From a bacterium (GTDB lineage: Bacteria; UBA8248): a DNA stretch of 64,000 bases. Positions 16,316 to 26,270 of the stretch are shown one piece after another. Position numbers and translations under genes: made by a program. Every line of letters begins with the position of its first letter. Position 1 is the stretch's first letter. The notes beneath the pieces were generated by a model. It ran no database searches. It was given only the letters and a program-made list of their open reading frames with translations, and was not told the origin of the DNA. The stretch lies in contig OZ244799.1 in assembly GCA_965219955.1 (NCBI GenBank), positions 1,125,915-1,189,914 of the forward strand. The letters are read 5' to 3'.

Positions 16316-18661
16316 ATGATGGACTGGTCCACACTCCATTGGCCCGGCGGCGCGCCCTGGTGGGTGCTCGTCATCGTTGCGGCCGGACTGGGCTGGGCGC
16401 TCGTCCGCAGGCACCGCGACTTGACCGAGAAACTCCCGCCGAGGCGCGTCTGGCTTCTTCAGGGGCTGAGGGCCCTCCTGTATGCCGCGATCGTATTTTT
16501 TCTCTCCGGCCCCACGCTGATCGACAGGCGCGAGCGCTCCCTGCCGCCCAAACTGCTCGTACTCCTCGACAGTTCGGCGAGCATGAGCGTTCAGGACGCG
16601 AACAGCAGGAAAACGCGCATCGACCTGGCGAAGGATTTCCTGCTGGTCCCGAAGAAGCCCGGACAAGTACAGGCCCCTGAAGGGGAGGAGCCGGATGATC
16701 CGCCCACGAGCCTGCTCGCGGATCTCAGAGAGCTCTACGACGTGCAGCTCGCTCGCTACGATGCCGGCAGGACCCCCATCGGTGTGAAGGATCTCGAAAC
16801 CCTCCAGGCCCGGGGCGTGGGCAGCGATCCGCTGGGCGCCATCCGGGGCGCTCTGCGCAGCGCCCGGGAGACGCGCGCTCCGGCGGGAGAGGGGAAGCAG
16901 AAAAACCAGGACGGCCCCCTCGGCATCCTGATGCTCACGGACGGAGGGGACACCACCGAAGCGGCGCTTCCGCCCGGGGACGTGAAATCCTTTCCGCCCC
17001 TCATCGGCGTGGGCTTCGGGGCGCCGGATTCCTTCCGCGACATCGCCATTCAGGATATTCAGGCCCCGCGCATCGCCTTTCAGGGAAAGGAGATGAGCCT
17101 GGAGGTCTCGCTCTCGGTCAAGGGCTTTTCCGGCCGCAAACTGCCGGTCGCCCTGACGCGCGAGGGCCGCATCATCAGAACCCGGTCGATTGACGTCAGG
17201 CGCAGCCCGTTGCGTCGTCTCGTGAAATTCCGCTTTACGCCGAGTGAGGTGGGAAGCCAGGTGTTGAGCGTGGTCACGCCCGTTCAGCGCGGCGAGATCG
17301 TGGAGTCGAACAACCGCGTCGAGATTCCCCTGGAAGTGAGGCGGGACAAGATTCGGGTGCTGACGATTACGGGTTCCCCCACGTGGAACTACCGGTTCCT
17401 GCGCATGGCGCTCAAGCGGGACCCCGCCATCGACCTCGTGTCGTTCGTCTTCCTGAGAACCTCGGAGGATGACCCGGGCGTTCCGACCCGGCACCTGAGC
17501 CTCGTGCCGTTCCCGGTGGACAAGCTGTTCCTGGAGGAACTCAAGAATTTCGAGATTGTGGTTTTCGACAATTTCTCCGCCCAGGAGTACTTCAGCAACT
17601 ACTACCTCAGGCGCGTGGAGGATTACGTCCGGAAAGGCGGGGCGCTGCTCATGTTCGGCGGCAGGCAGTCCTTCAGCGCCGGCGGATACTACCGGAGCCC
17701 CATCGAGGACCTCCTGCCCGTGCGCCTGCAGCAGGAAAGCGATTATCAGGACCAAAGGCGCCTGCTTGCTCAGCTGACGCCTGTCGGCGGGAGACATCCC
17801 ATCACGCAGCTCTCCTCGGATCTCGAGGAAAACAAGAAGTTCTGGACTTCTTTCCCCCCCTTGAGGCGCGTCAACGCAACGACGCCGTTCGGAAAAGGGC
17901 AGATTCTCGTTTCCACGAAAGAAGGGAAAACGCCTCTCCTCGCCACGAAGCGGATCGGCGAGGGAAGGGTGGTGAGTGTTTTTTCGGATGATATCTGGCG
18001 ATGGAATTTCGGGATGGTGGCCGCGGAGAAGACGAACCGTCTCTACATCCGCCTGGTCGCGCAGATGATCCGCTGGCTTTCGGGCGACCCCGGAAGTTCC
18101 CAGGTCCAGATTCTTCCCGAGGCGGAGCAGGGCAAGGACAGAACCTACGTCCTCAGGATGCAGGTGAGGGACGAATCCTATCAACCCGCCCAGACGGCGC
18201 AGGTGAAGGTGCAGCTTCGGGACCCCTATGGCGTCACCAACCATTACCGCGCGGTCTATCGCCCGGATTCCCGGGAATTCGAGGTTCGCTTCCGCCCCCG
18301 CGGCAACGGGAGTTACCGGGCGAGGATGACGGCCGTCCAGGACGGGCGGGTCATCGGCGAGGCGGTGCGGACCATCGGCATCGGCAGAGAGGCGGGCAAG
18401 GCGGAGTGGGCCGACGTCAGCCCGCGCTGGGAGAACCTGCAAACGCTGGCGAAAAACACGGGCGGACTCTTTTTCCGGGCCGACGCGGTGGGGAATGAGG
18501 ATTTGACCGCCCGCGTTCTGGAGGCCTTGAAGGGCAAGGTGCCGCACAGGGTGATGGAAGTGCGCGACGTGCGCCTCTGGAGCATTCCCTGGATCGCGAT
18601 GGCGCTCATCCTGCTGCCGGGCCTGGAGTGGACCATACGGCGCTTGTGGGGCCTGGCTTAA
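16316..18661 (+). CDS. Membrane protein with vWA-like MIDAS segment and class-I glutamine-amidotransferase-like domain
   Basis: N-terminal TM pair, 'LLVLLDSSASMSVQD' (DxSxS), central 'VVFDNFSAQEY...YVRKGGALLMFGG', and a C-terminal TM helix. The start codon directly abuts the previous stop. Confidence 0.65.
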   Translation: MMDWSTLHWPGGAPWWVLVIVAAGLGWALVRRHRDLTEKLPPRRVWLLQGLRALLYAAIVFFLSGPTLIDRRERSLPPKLLVLLDSSASMSVQDANSRKTRIDLAKDFLLVPKKPGQVQAPEGEEPDDPPTSLLADLRELYDVQLARYDAGRTPIGVKDLETLQARGVGSDPLGAIRGALRSARETRAPAGEGKQKNQDGPLGILMLTDGGDTTEAALPPGDVKSFPPLIGVGFGAPDSFRDIAIQDIQAPRIAFQGKEMSLEVSLSVKGFSGRKLPVALTREGRIIRTRSIDVRRSPLRRLVKFRFTPSEVGSQVLSVVTPVQRGEIVESNNRVEIPLEVRRDKIRVLTITGSPTWNYRFLRMALKRDPAIDLVSFVFLRTSEDDPGVPTRHLSLVPFPVDKLFLEELKNFEIVVFDNFSAQEYFSNYYLRRVEDYVRKGGALLMFGGRQSFSAGGYYRSPIEDLLPVRLQQESDYQDQRRLLAQLTPVGGRHPITQLSSDLEENKKFWTSFPPLRRVNATTPFGKGQILVSTKEGKTPLLATKRIGEGRVVSVFSDDIWRWNFGMVAAEKTNRLYIRLVAQMIRWLSGDPGSSQVQILPEAEQGKDRTYVLRMQVRDESYQPAQTAQVKVQLRDPYGVTNHYRAVYRPDSREFEVRFRPRGNGSYRARMTAVQDGRVIGEAVRTIGIGREAGKAEWADVSPRWENLQTLAKNTGGLFFRADAVGNEDLTARVLEALKGKVPHRVMEVRDVRLWSIPWIAMALILLPGLEWTIRRLWGLA

Positions 18662-18769
18662 GCGTCGGGCCGGCGCGCGCTTTTGGCTGTTACCGCCCGT
18701 TCATGTATTTTGTGTAATATACATGAAATTGTACGCTGTCGCCGTTTATCCATATGAAGGAAACGAGAG

Positions 18770-21700
18770 ATGGCCGAGCAATCTTTCAAGAAGATAAACG
18801 AGTTCCTCGATTCCGTAATTCGCGCACGCCTCAAGGTCAGGCGCCTCGAGGCGGGGATGGTGCTGCTGCTGGGCGTCCTGGCCGTTTTTCTGCTGGCCCC
18901 GGCGGCGGTGGTCGCGCAGCCCATCTATGGGTATTCCGCCATCACCTACGCCGGGACGGCGGTTCTTCTGCTGGGCGTGACGCTCATCCGCTGCTGGTGG
19001 CTGGCGACCCGCCGCCCCAGACGCGAGAGCATCGCCCTCGACATCGAGGAAACCCACCCGGACCTGGGCAGCAACCTCATCAGTTCGCTGCAGCTTTTCC
19101 CGCGCAAAGGAGAGCTCGGCGATGACGACCCCACCTCGCCCGCGCTCATCGACGCGTTGGTGAACGACACCCACCGGGAAGTGGAGCCGCTCGACCCGGA
19201 GGCTTATGTCTCCCACGCCGGCTTTCAAAGGCTCGGGCGGCTCGCCGGCGTTCTGACCATCGCGGTGCTTCTCATGGCGTTCATCTGGCCGGGGCTGTAC
19301 CCGCGCGCGGGTTACCTTCTGGCGAACGCGGCGGACCTCATGCCCTCGCGCATCACGAACCTGGAGATTTGGGCGGAGCGCACCACGGTTCTCCCCGGGA
19401 TGCCCACGGCGTTCGAGGTGAAGACCACGGGCCGTGAGACGGATGCCGTCGAGCTGGAAGTGCGGCAAGGCGCCGGGTCCGGGGCGAGCATCGCCATGGA
19501 GAAGGTGGCTCCCCACCATTTCCGCTCTCGCTGGCTGGCCGCCGGTGACCTGGCGCGCGTCACGGCCCGGACGGGCAGGTTCCGCTCGCGGACGATCGAG
19601 GTCCGCGTGGTCGCCCCGCCGAGGGTGGAATCCATCGAAGTCGTTCAGTATCCGCCCGAGTATACGAAGCTCAAACCCGGCCCGGGGAAAAACGGCGGCC
19701 ACATCCGCGCCTACATGGGTTCCGAGGTTCAACTGGCCGTGAAGACGAACAAGCCGGTTCAGGAGGCGCTCATCGCGCTGGCCGACGGCTGGCGGTTGCC
19801 GCTCAACCCCTCAGAGGAGGGCGGTTCGCTGGGCGGGAAGATGATCCTGGGCGGCGCGGGCTCTTATCAGGTGCGCTTGAAGGATGCGCACGGCTTTTCG
19901 AATCTCGCGCCCCAGCGCTACCAGATCGACATCATCCCCGACGCCTATCCCGTCGTAATGGTGACGCATCCGGAAAAGGACCTCACGGTGGAGGCCGACG
20001 AGCAGGTGACCGTGAAGTACCGGGCGTCCGATGATTTCGGGCTCAAGAGCGTATATCTCGAAATCAGGCTCGGGAGCGGCCGTCCGAGGAGAATCAGGGT
20101 GTGGGGCGGCGAGGCCCCAAAGAAGGACGTGCTCGGACGCTATGAGTTCGACCTCAGGTCCATGGGAATCAAGCCGGGGGGGATCCTCTCCTATCGCTTC
20201 ATCGCCCCTGACGTGGATACGGTGAGCGGCCCCAAGTTCGGGACGAGCAAAGTCTACCGGATCAAGATCCGCGACCGGGAAGCCGTGATAGCCGGGCTGG
20301 ACAGGAATCTGGGAGAGATTTCGAACGAACTCCTCGACCTGCTGGGCGATTACCTGGAAAAGGACCTGCCGCCGGAAGAGAAGGCGAAAGGGGCGAAGGA
20401 AACCGGCAAGCTCGCTGACTCCATCGAGGCGAAGGCCGCCGGAATCCTGGAACGCATCAAGCGCACGAGAGCGATGCTCAGGCCCAAGAACCCGCGCGAG
20501 ACGCTCTCCGACATGGATCTCTCCACGCTGCAGCGTCAACTGCGGGACGCGATTTCGCAATACCTGAAACCCCTCTCGCAACTCTCGAAATTGGGGAAGA
20601 ACGCCGGTTCGGAAAGGGAAAGGCTGAACCGCGAGATAGCCGCCCGGCAGGAAGAGGCGACGGAAACGCTGGAGCGTCTCGCCACGATGAGCGAGGAGAT
20701 ACAGCGCAACGTCCGGGTGGACAGGGCGGGCCGCACGACGGAATCGATGATCCAGAGGCAAAGGGCCATCGAGCAGGCATTAGAGAAAATGCGGAGGATG
20801 GGCGGGGACCAGGAGGCGATCAACCGGGTGGAGAAGGAGCTCGAGAAACTCAGGACGGAGCTGGGCAAGCTGATGCAGCAGATGGCTTCTCTGGCCCGGC
20901 GCATGCCCGCGGAATTCATGAACCAGCGCAGCATGCGCGAGATGCCCATGCAGGACATGATGCGCGCCTTCGAGCGGATTCGCGAGATGATGCGCCAGAA
21001 CAATTTCCAGGGCGCGCTGGAGCAGCTCAGGCGCCTCATGAGCCAGTTGCAGAGGATGCGCATGGCGTTGCGCGGCATGCAGCGCCAGCAGATGATGAGC
21101 CAGCGCGGGGGCCGGCCCATCAGGCGCCAGCAAAGCGAACTGGCGTCCATCGTGGAGGAGCAGCAGGCCATCCTGGGCGAGACGGTCGGCGTGCTGGAAA
21201 ACGTGGTGGACCGCCTCAAGAAGAAATGGCCGGGAGAGGTCGCCGCCGCGTCGCGCAGCGCCCGGGCGTACTGGAAAACAGCGAGCGAGTCGGCCGCAAA
21301 GCCGCTCCCGCCGGATTGTTTCCCGGAGGCCGAGCCCGTGAAGCAGGCCGAACCGGCGGAGCCTGAGATATCGATGCTCGGCCGGCCCGAAACGCAGAAG
21401 AAACTCTCTCCCCGGGCGCAGGCGGAGAAAATCCAGCGCGAGAAGATGCGTGCGCTCTCCGAGTTCGACACCATGCTGAAAAAGGGCGAGTGGGGGATCA
21501 TCTTCCAGAGACTGCCGGAGTGGGCGGCCAGGCTCGAGAGGTCGCCTTGCGTCCGTCCCGAGCAGATAGCGGAGAGGGAAAAAGATGCGCCGAAGGTGGC
21601 GAGGCGCGAAAAAGGGCCGGGGTCTGCGACGCAGCAGGATGCGCGGGAGGGAATCAGGCCCGAGCCCTGGGCCTGGCAAAAGGATGCGGACGTGACGCCT

Positions 21701-22537
21701 GAGCAGAAGGCGGCGAGGCGCCTGAAAGAACAGGGCGCCGCCGTCCTGACGGGAGAACTGACGAAGAGGGTGCTCGAGTTGATAGGCCCGGCTCCTTCGC
21801 CGCAGAGGCCTTCGCTTGAAATTCTGGAGAGTATGGCGTCGCTCCCGCTTGGCGGGATGAGGTTTGGGCCTGCGCCCACTGAGCCCGCCTCCCCGAAGGA
21901 ATTGGCGAAGCGCGCGGGGCGGCTTTTGGAGAAATCAGAAAAAGACGCGGGCGGCACGGAAATCGCCAAGCTCGACGGCCTGCGCCTCAGGCAGGACGCC
22001 CTGCGCAAGCGCCTGGAGGTATTCGAGCGTCACTTGCGCCAGATGATGCAGGTGTATCCGTTCATCAACCCGGGCATCGTGCGGAGAATCACCGAGGCGG
22101 GAGAAGCGATGAGGCGAGCTGCCGCTTCTTTGGGAGAGCGCAGTTCCTCGCGCGCGGTGCCCCCCGAGGAGGAGGCGATACGCAAGCTCGCCCAGGGGCA
22201 GAACTCCATGCAGCAGGCCATGCAGCAGATGGCCCAGCGGGGCAGCCTGGGAATGGGCACCCCCCGGGGCTTCGGCACCTTGGGGCCGGGCAGGGGCGGG
22301 AACAGGCCGTGGTGGTCGAGGAACCCGAATTTTCCCCAGCCGCAGGGCTCGAACCGGCGGGGACGGGAGGAGGACGGGAATCTCGGCACCCAGTTCAGCG
22401 AGGTTCTCATTCCGGATCGGGAGCAATACAAGGTGCCCGCCAAGTACCGTGAGGAGATCATGGAGGCGATGAAGGACGGCCTGCCGAGCGGGATGCGCGG
22501 TGAAATCGAGGATTATTTCGACAGGCTGACGAAATAA
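18770..22537 (+). CDS. Large (1255 aa) membrane-anchored coiled-coil protein, DUF4175-like
   Basis: N-terminal TM helices followed by beta-rich repeats. A long charged, M/Q/R-rich helical region ('MRMALRGMQRQQMMSQRGGRPIRRQQ'). C-terminus 'YKVPAKYREEIMEAMKDGLP...IEDYFDRLTK'. Confidence 0.6.
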   Translation: MAEQSFKKINEFLDSVIRARLKVRRLEAGMVLLLGVLAVFLLAPAAVVAQPIYGYSAITYAGTAVLLLGVTLIRCWWLATRRPRRESIALDIEETHPDLGSNLISSLQLFPRKGELGDDDPTSPALIDALVNDTHREVEPLDPEAYVSHAGFQRLGRLAGVLTIAVLLMAFIWPGLYPRAGYLLANAADLMPSRITNLEIWAERTTVLPGMPTAFEVKTTGRETDAVELEVRQGAGSGASIAMEKVAPHHFRSRWLAAGDLARVTARTGRFRSRTIEVRVVAPPRVESIEVVQYPPEYTKLKPGPGKNGGHIRAYMGSEVQLAVKTNKPVQEALIALADGWRLPLNPSEEGGSLGGKMILGGAGSYQVRLKDAHGFSNLAPQRYQIDIIPDAYPVVMVTHPEKDLTVEADEQVTVKYRASDDFGLKSVYLEIRLGSGRPRRIRVWGGEAPKKDVLGRYEFDLRSMGIKPGGILSYRFIAPDVDTVSGPKFGTSKVYRIKIRDREAVIAGLDRNLGEISNELLDLLGDYLEKDLPPEEKAKGAKETGKLADSIEAKAAGILERIKRTRAMLRPKNPRETLSDMDLSTLQRQLRDAISQYLKPLSQLSKLGKNAGSERERLNREIAARQEEATETLERLATMSEEIQRNVRVDRAGRTTESMIQRQRAIEQALEKMRRMGGDQEAINRVEKELEKLRTELGKLMQQMASLARRMPAEFMNQRSMREMPMQDMMRAFERIREMMRQNNFQGALEQLRRLMSQLQRMRMALRGMQRQQMMSQRGGRPIRRQQSELASIVEEQQAILGETVGVLENVVDRLKKKWPGEVAAASRSARAYWKTASESAAKPLPPDCFPEAEPVKQAEPAEPEISMLGRPETQKKLSPRAQAEKIQREKMRALSEFDTMLKKGEWGIIFQRLPEWAARLERSPCVRPEQIAEREKDAPKVARREKGPGSATQQDAREGIRPEPWAWQKDADVTPEQKAARRLKEQGAAVLTGELTKRVLELIGPAPSPQRPSLEILESMASLPLGGMRFGPAPTEPASPKELAKRAGRLLEKSEKDAGGTEIAKLDGLRLRQDALRKRLEVFERHLRQMMQVYPFINPGIVRRITEAGEAMRRAAASLGERSSSRAVPPEEEAIRKLAQGQNSMQQAMQQMAQRGSLGMGTPRGFGTLGPGRGGNRPWWSRNPNFPQPQGSNRRGREEDGNLGTQFSEVLIPDREQYKVPAKYREEIMEAMKDGLPSGMRGEIEDYFDRLTK

Positions 22538-24258
22538 TGCGTAAAAAATTACTCACAGGTCTCATTTGCGTTTTTCTGATCGCGGCTTTCGCTCCTTCCG
22601 CGTGGACGCATACCGTCAACCGTGCGGTGCCTCTCTCGAAGGCCGTGAAGCGGCCGGATGGTTACCGCGCGGTGGTGGACGAGCTCCGGGCGTGGAATCT
22701 GGCGGCCGCGAGGAAGAAAATCGCATCGCTCGAAGCCGGTTCTCCCGGCCGGGCGGAATGGCGGGCGCTCTCGGGAGCCGCGGATTACCTGGAAGGACGA
22801 TTCTCCGAGTCGATCGTCAATCTCAACGCCGCGCTCAAGAAAAAACCCGGAGACGGCGAATGGCTTGAACTCAGGCTCCACGTGCGCCAGACGCAAACCG
22901 CGGTGCAGGGATTCAAGGCGCACAAGACGGCGCATTTCGACATCTGGTACGAACCGGGCGAGGACGCCGTTCTGCTGCCTTACCTGGGCGATGCGCTGGA
23001 GAAGGCCTATGCGCGCTACGGGGAGATATTGGGCTTGCGGCCGGAGCAGCGGATTCGCGTGGAACTTTTTTCGAATTCGGTCCGCTTCCACCGCTCATCC
23101 ACGCTCTCGCGGCGGGACATCGAGGAGAAGGGCGCGGTCGGGGTCTGCAAGTTCAACAAGATAATGTTCTTATCCCCCGGCGCGCTCCTTCGGGGCTATC
23201 GCTGGCTCGATACCGCGGCGCACGAATACGTCCACTACCTCGTCGTGCTGGCGACGAAGAACCGCGCCCCCATCTGGCTGCACGAGGGAATCGCCAAATA
23301 CCTGGAGAAAAGTTGGAAGGGCGGGGAGAGGAAAGGCTATCTCCACCCGGGCGAGGAGGCCTTGCTGTTCAAGGCGAGGGAGACGAACAACTACGTTCCG
23401 TTCAAGAAGATGGAGCCTAGCCTCATCTATCTCGATACCCCGCAGGAGGTGCACCTGGCCTACGCGGAAGCGGCTTCGGCCGTGGATTTCATCTACCGCA
23501 GGATGGGTGAGGGCGCGCTCGTCCGCCTGCTGGCGGGCATCCGGGAGGCCTCGCCCGCGCAAAAGCTGCAGGGCGCGCCGGCGCTTGGAGAAGAAAACCC
23601 CGGGATGCGGCATCAAAGGCGGGCGAGCCTCGTTGAGCTCGAATCCACCGGTCCGCCCCAGAGTGCCGAGCCGGGCCTTCGACTGGTCGCCGGAGTCGAC
23701 CTGGGCGGATTCGAGAGGCTCTGGATAGAAGACCTCAAGAAACTCCCCCTGCGCGAGCAAGCGGGCTCGCAGGTCATGCTGCCGAAGCTCAAGCCCAAGG
23801 GGCCGATGGGTGAGCGCTCGATCGATTTGGCGGCGCTCAAGAGCGCCGTGGCCAGAAGGCGCATGCGGCTGGGCGACAGGCTCTCGTTCCGGGGAAGGAT
23901 GCGGGCGGCGCTGATCGAATACCGCCGCGCCTTGCGCGATGAGCCGTACTCCCAGCCCCTTCTCAACCGCGCGGCGCAGGTCGAGATACACCTGGGCATG
24001 ATTCCCCAGGCCGAGCGGCACATTAAAAGAGCGCTGGAGGTGGACCCGGATTACGCCATGACGCACGTGCACCGGGCGCTGGCGAGCGAGATGGGCGGAA
24101 ACGCGGAGAGCGCCCTCAGGGCGTGGGAGGAGGTGGTGCAGATCAATCCCTTCATTCGAGTGGTTCATGAGCGCCTGCTGGCGCATTACGAAAGAACGGG
24201 GCAGACGGAAAAGGCGAAGCGAGAGCGTGAAGTGCTTCGCGCCATGTCGTCCCGCTAA
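22537..24258 (+). CDS. Secreted peptidase-MA-like zinc metalloprotease with C-terminal TPR repeats
   Basis: Signal peptide, 'AAHEYVHYLV...WLHEGIAKYLE' (HExxH plus a downstream E), and TPR-like C-terminus. Its ATG overlaps the previous TAA. Confidence 0.65.
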   Translation: MRKKLLTGLICVFLIAAFAPSAWTHTVNRAVPLSKAVKRPDGYRAVVDELRAWNLAAARKKIASLEAGSPGRAEWRALSGAADYLEGRFSESIVNLNAALKKKPGDGEWLELRLHVRQTQTAVQGFKAHKTAHFDIWYEPGEDAVLLPYLGDALEKAYARYGEILGLRPEQRIRVELFSNSVRFHRSSTLSRRDIEEKGAVGVCKFNKIMFLSPGALLRGYRWLDTAAHEYVHYLVVLATKNRAPIWLHEGIAKYLEKSWKGGERKGYLHPGEEALLFKARETNNYVPFKKMEPSLIYLDTPQEVHLAYAEAASAVDFIYRRMGEGALVRLLAGIREASPAQKLQGAPALGEENPGMRHQRRASLVELESTGPPQSAEPGLRLVAGVDLGGFERLWIEDLKKLPLREQAGSQVMLPKLKPKGPMGERSIDLAALKSAVARRRMRLGDRLSFRGRMRAALIEYRRALRDEPYSQPLLNRAAQVEIHLGMIPQAERHIKRALEVDPDYAMTHVHRALASEMGGNAESALRAWEEVVQINPFIRVVHERLLAHYERTGQTEKAKREREVLRAMSSR

Positions 24259-24276
24259 ATCGAGAGGCGATACGCA

Positions 24277-25329
24277 ATGAACGAAGCGACGGATGATGTG
24301 AGAAACGAAGAATCGAACATGAGCGAGGTGGACGTGGAGATAGCGCGCGAGATCGGCCTGAAGCGCGACGCCATTCTCGAGCAGGTGCACAAGATCATCG
24401 TCGGACAGGCGGAGGTCATCGACCTGGTCCTGATAGCCCTGCTTTCGAAAGGCCACTCCCTTCTGGTCGGCGTGCCGGGCCTGGCGAAAACCTTGCTGAT
24501 ACGCACCCTGGCCCGCGTGCTGCAGCTTGATTTCAACCGCATCCAGTTCACGCCCGATCTGATGCCCTCGGACATCACGGGCACGGACATCCTGGATGAC
24601 ACCACCGAGGGGAGGCGCTCTTTCCGCTTCATTCGCGGCCCCATCTTCACCCAGATTCTGCTGGCGGACGAGATTAACCGCACGTCGCCCAAGACACAGG
24701 CGGCTCTTCTGCAGGCCATGCAGGAGTTGCACGTGACGGCCGGCGGGCAGGCGCACTACCTGAACCCGCCGTTTTTCGTTCTCGCGACCCAGAACCCCGT
24801 GGAGCAGGAGGGCACGTATCCGCTGCCCGAGGCCCAGCTGGACAGGTTCATGTTCGAGATCGGGGTGTCGTATCCCAGCCTCGCGGAGGAGAAGGAAATC
24901 GTCGCTCAGACGACTTCGAACTACGATCCCAAGCTCGAAGAGATCATGGACAACGAGCAGATTCTGGCCTTTCAGGGACTGGTGCGCCGGGTGCCTGCGG
25001 CTCCCTACGTGGTGGAATACGCGGTGTCGCTCGCGCGCGCATCCCGCCCCGACGACGAGAGCGCTCCTGATTTCGTCCGCCAGTACGTGGAGTGGGGCGC
25101 GGGGCCGAGGGCGAGCCAGTATCTGATTCTGGGGGCGCGGGCGCGGGCGCTGCTCCGGGGGCGCTACGCCGCCACCATCGAGGACGTGCGGGCGCTGGCC
25201 GAGCCCGTGCTGCGGCACCGGATTCTGGTGAACTTCCGCGGGCAGGCGGAAGGCCACGACTCCGTCTCGCTGATACGGCAGCTGCTCGAAGCCATCACGC
25301 CCCCGGCGGAGGCCACCGAAGCCGCGTAG
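24277..25329 (+). CDS. MoxR family AAA+ ATPase
   Basis: Walker A 'GVPGLAKT', Walker B 'ILLADEINR', '[22 protein letters not shown]'. Confidence 0.9.
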   Translation: MNEATDDVRNEESNMSEVDVEIAREIGLKRDAILEQVHKIIVGQAEVIDLVLIALLSKGHSLLVGVPGLAKTLLIRTLARVLQLDFNRIQFTPDLMPSDITGTDILDDTTEGRRSFRFIRGPIFTQILLADEINRTSPKTQAALLQAMQELHVTAGGQAHYLNPPFFVLATQNPVEQEGTYPLPEAQLDRFMFEIGVSYPSLAEEKEIVAQTTSNYDPKLEEIMDNEQILAFQGLVRRVPAAPYVVEYAVSLARASRPDDESAPDFVRQYVEWGAGPRASQYLILGARARALLRGRYAATIEDVRALAEPVLRHRILVNFRGQAEGHDSVSLIRQLLEAITPPAEATEAA

Positions 25330-25352
25330 ACGCCTGCTCAAAGAGGATCGCC

Positions 25353-26246
25353 TTGAATTCGGACCTGTATTTCGACCCCCTCGTCATCTCGCGACTGTCC
25401 AACCTCCAGTTGCGCGCCCGTCACGTGGTCGAGGGCCTGATGAGCGGCGTGCACAGGAGCCGCTCGCGGGGGTTCAGCGTCGATTTCGAGGAGCACAGGG
25501 CGTACAGCCCCGGCGACGAACTCCGGCATGTCGACTGGAAAGCGTACGGGAAATTCGACCGCTACCTCGTGAAGCAGTACGAGGACGAGACGAACCTCTA
25601 CGCGCATCTCGTCGTCGACGCCAGCGCCTCGATGGATTTCGGCGACGGCGCCCTGAGCAAATGGGCGTATGCGGCCACGCTCTCCTCGGCGATGGCGCAT
25701 TTGCTGCTGGGCCAGTCCGATTCGGTGGGCCTGGTGGTTTCCCGTGAGACCGAGGACACGCTGGTTCCTACCAAATCCATCAGAAAACACTTGCTGACCC
25801 TGCTGGCGGGCCTTCAGGCGGCGTCGCCGGACGGGGGGACCGGAATCGCCCGTTCGATGCTTGCCCTGGCGGAGCGCCTGAAGCGAAGGGGGCTCATCGT
25901 GGTCGTTTCCGATTTGCTCGATGACCCCGAAGCCGTGGAGAAAGCGCTCAAACTCCTGTGCCTCAAGGGCAACGACGTCATCGTGTTTCACATCCTCGAC
26001 AGCGTGGAGCTCGAGTTCCCCTTCGAGGGGCTCGCCAGGATGGACGACGTCGAGACGGACAGGAACATCACCGTGGAATGCGAGGTGGTGAAGAGGCCCT
26101 ACCTCGGGCTTCTGGAGGAATTTCTCGAGCAAACGCGGGAGCAGTGTGCGGACCTGGGGGTGGATTATCATCTCGTCTCGACGGCCGAGCCGCTGGACAG
26201 GGGCCTTATCCGTTTCCTGGCGTGGCGCAGCCGCTCGAGGGTATAG
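25353..26246 (+). CDS. DUF58 domain protein
   Basis: 'SRSRGFSVDFEEHRAYSPGDELRHVDWKAYGKFDRYLVKQYEDE' is the canonical DUF58 core. TTG start assumed. Confidence 0.85.
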   Translation: MNSDLYFDPLVISRLSNLQLRARHVVEGLMSGVHRSRSRGFSVDFEEHRAYSPGDELRHVDWKAYGKFDRYLVKQYEDETNLYAHLVVDASASMDFGDGALSKWAYAATLSSAMAHLLLGQSDSVGLVVSRETEDTLVPTKSIRKHLLTLLAGLQAASPDGGTGIARSMLALAERLKRRGLIVVVSDLLDDPEAVEKALKLLCLKGNDVIVFHILDSVELEFPFEGLARMDDVETDRNITVECEVVKRPYLGLLEEFLEQTREQCADLGVDYHLVSTAEPLDRGLIRFLAWRSRSRV

Positions 26247-26270
26247 CGGAGCGCCCGGGGAGAAGAGAAC

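Noticed and set aside
15470-18547. Very long antisense ORFs: 1025 aa here, plus 23170-25341 (723 aa), 25338-27659 (773 aa), 41654-43894 (746 aa), 37090-39036 (648 aa), 32306-33817 (503 aa), 60712-62493 (593 aa), 55004-56842 (612 aa) and 20536-22008 (490 aa).
   Set aside because: They lie opposite or out of frame to genes with clear family motifs. They are Arg/Gly/Pro/His-rich low-complexity translations typical of stop-poor shadow frames in GC-rich DNA, and they contain no recognisable domains.
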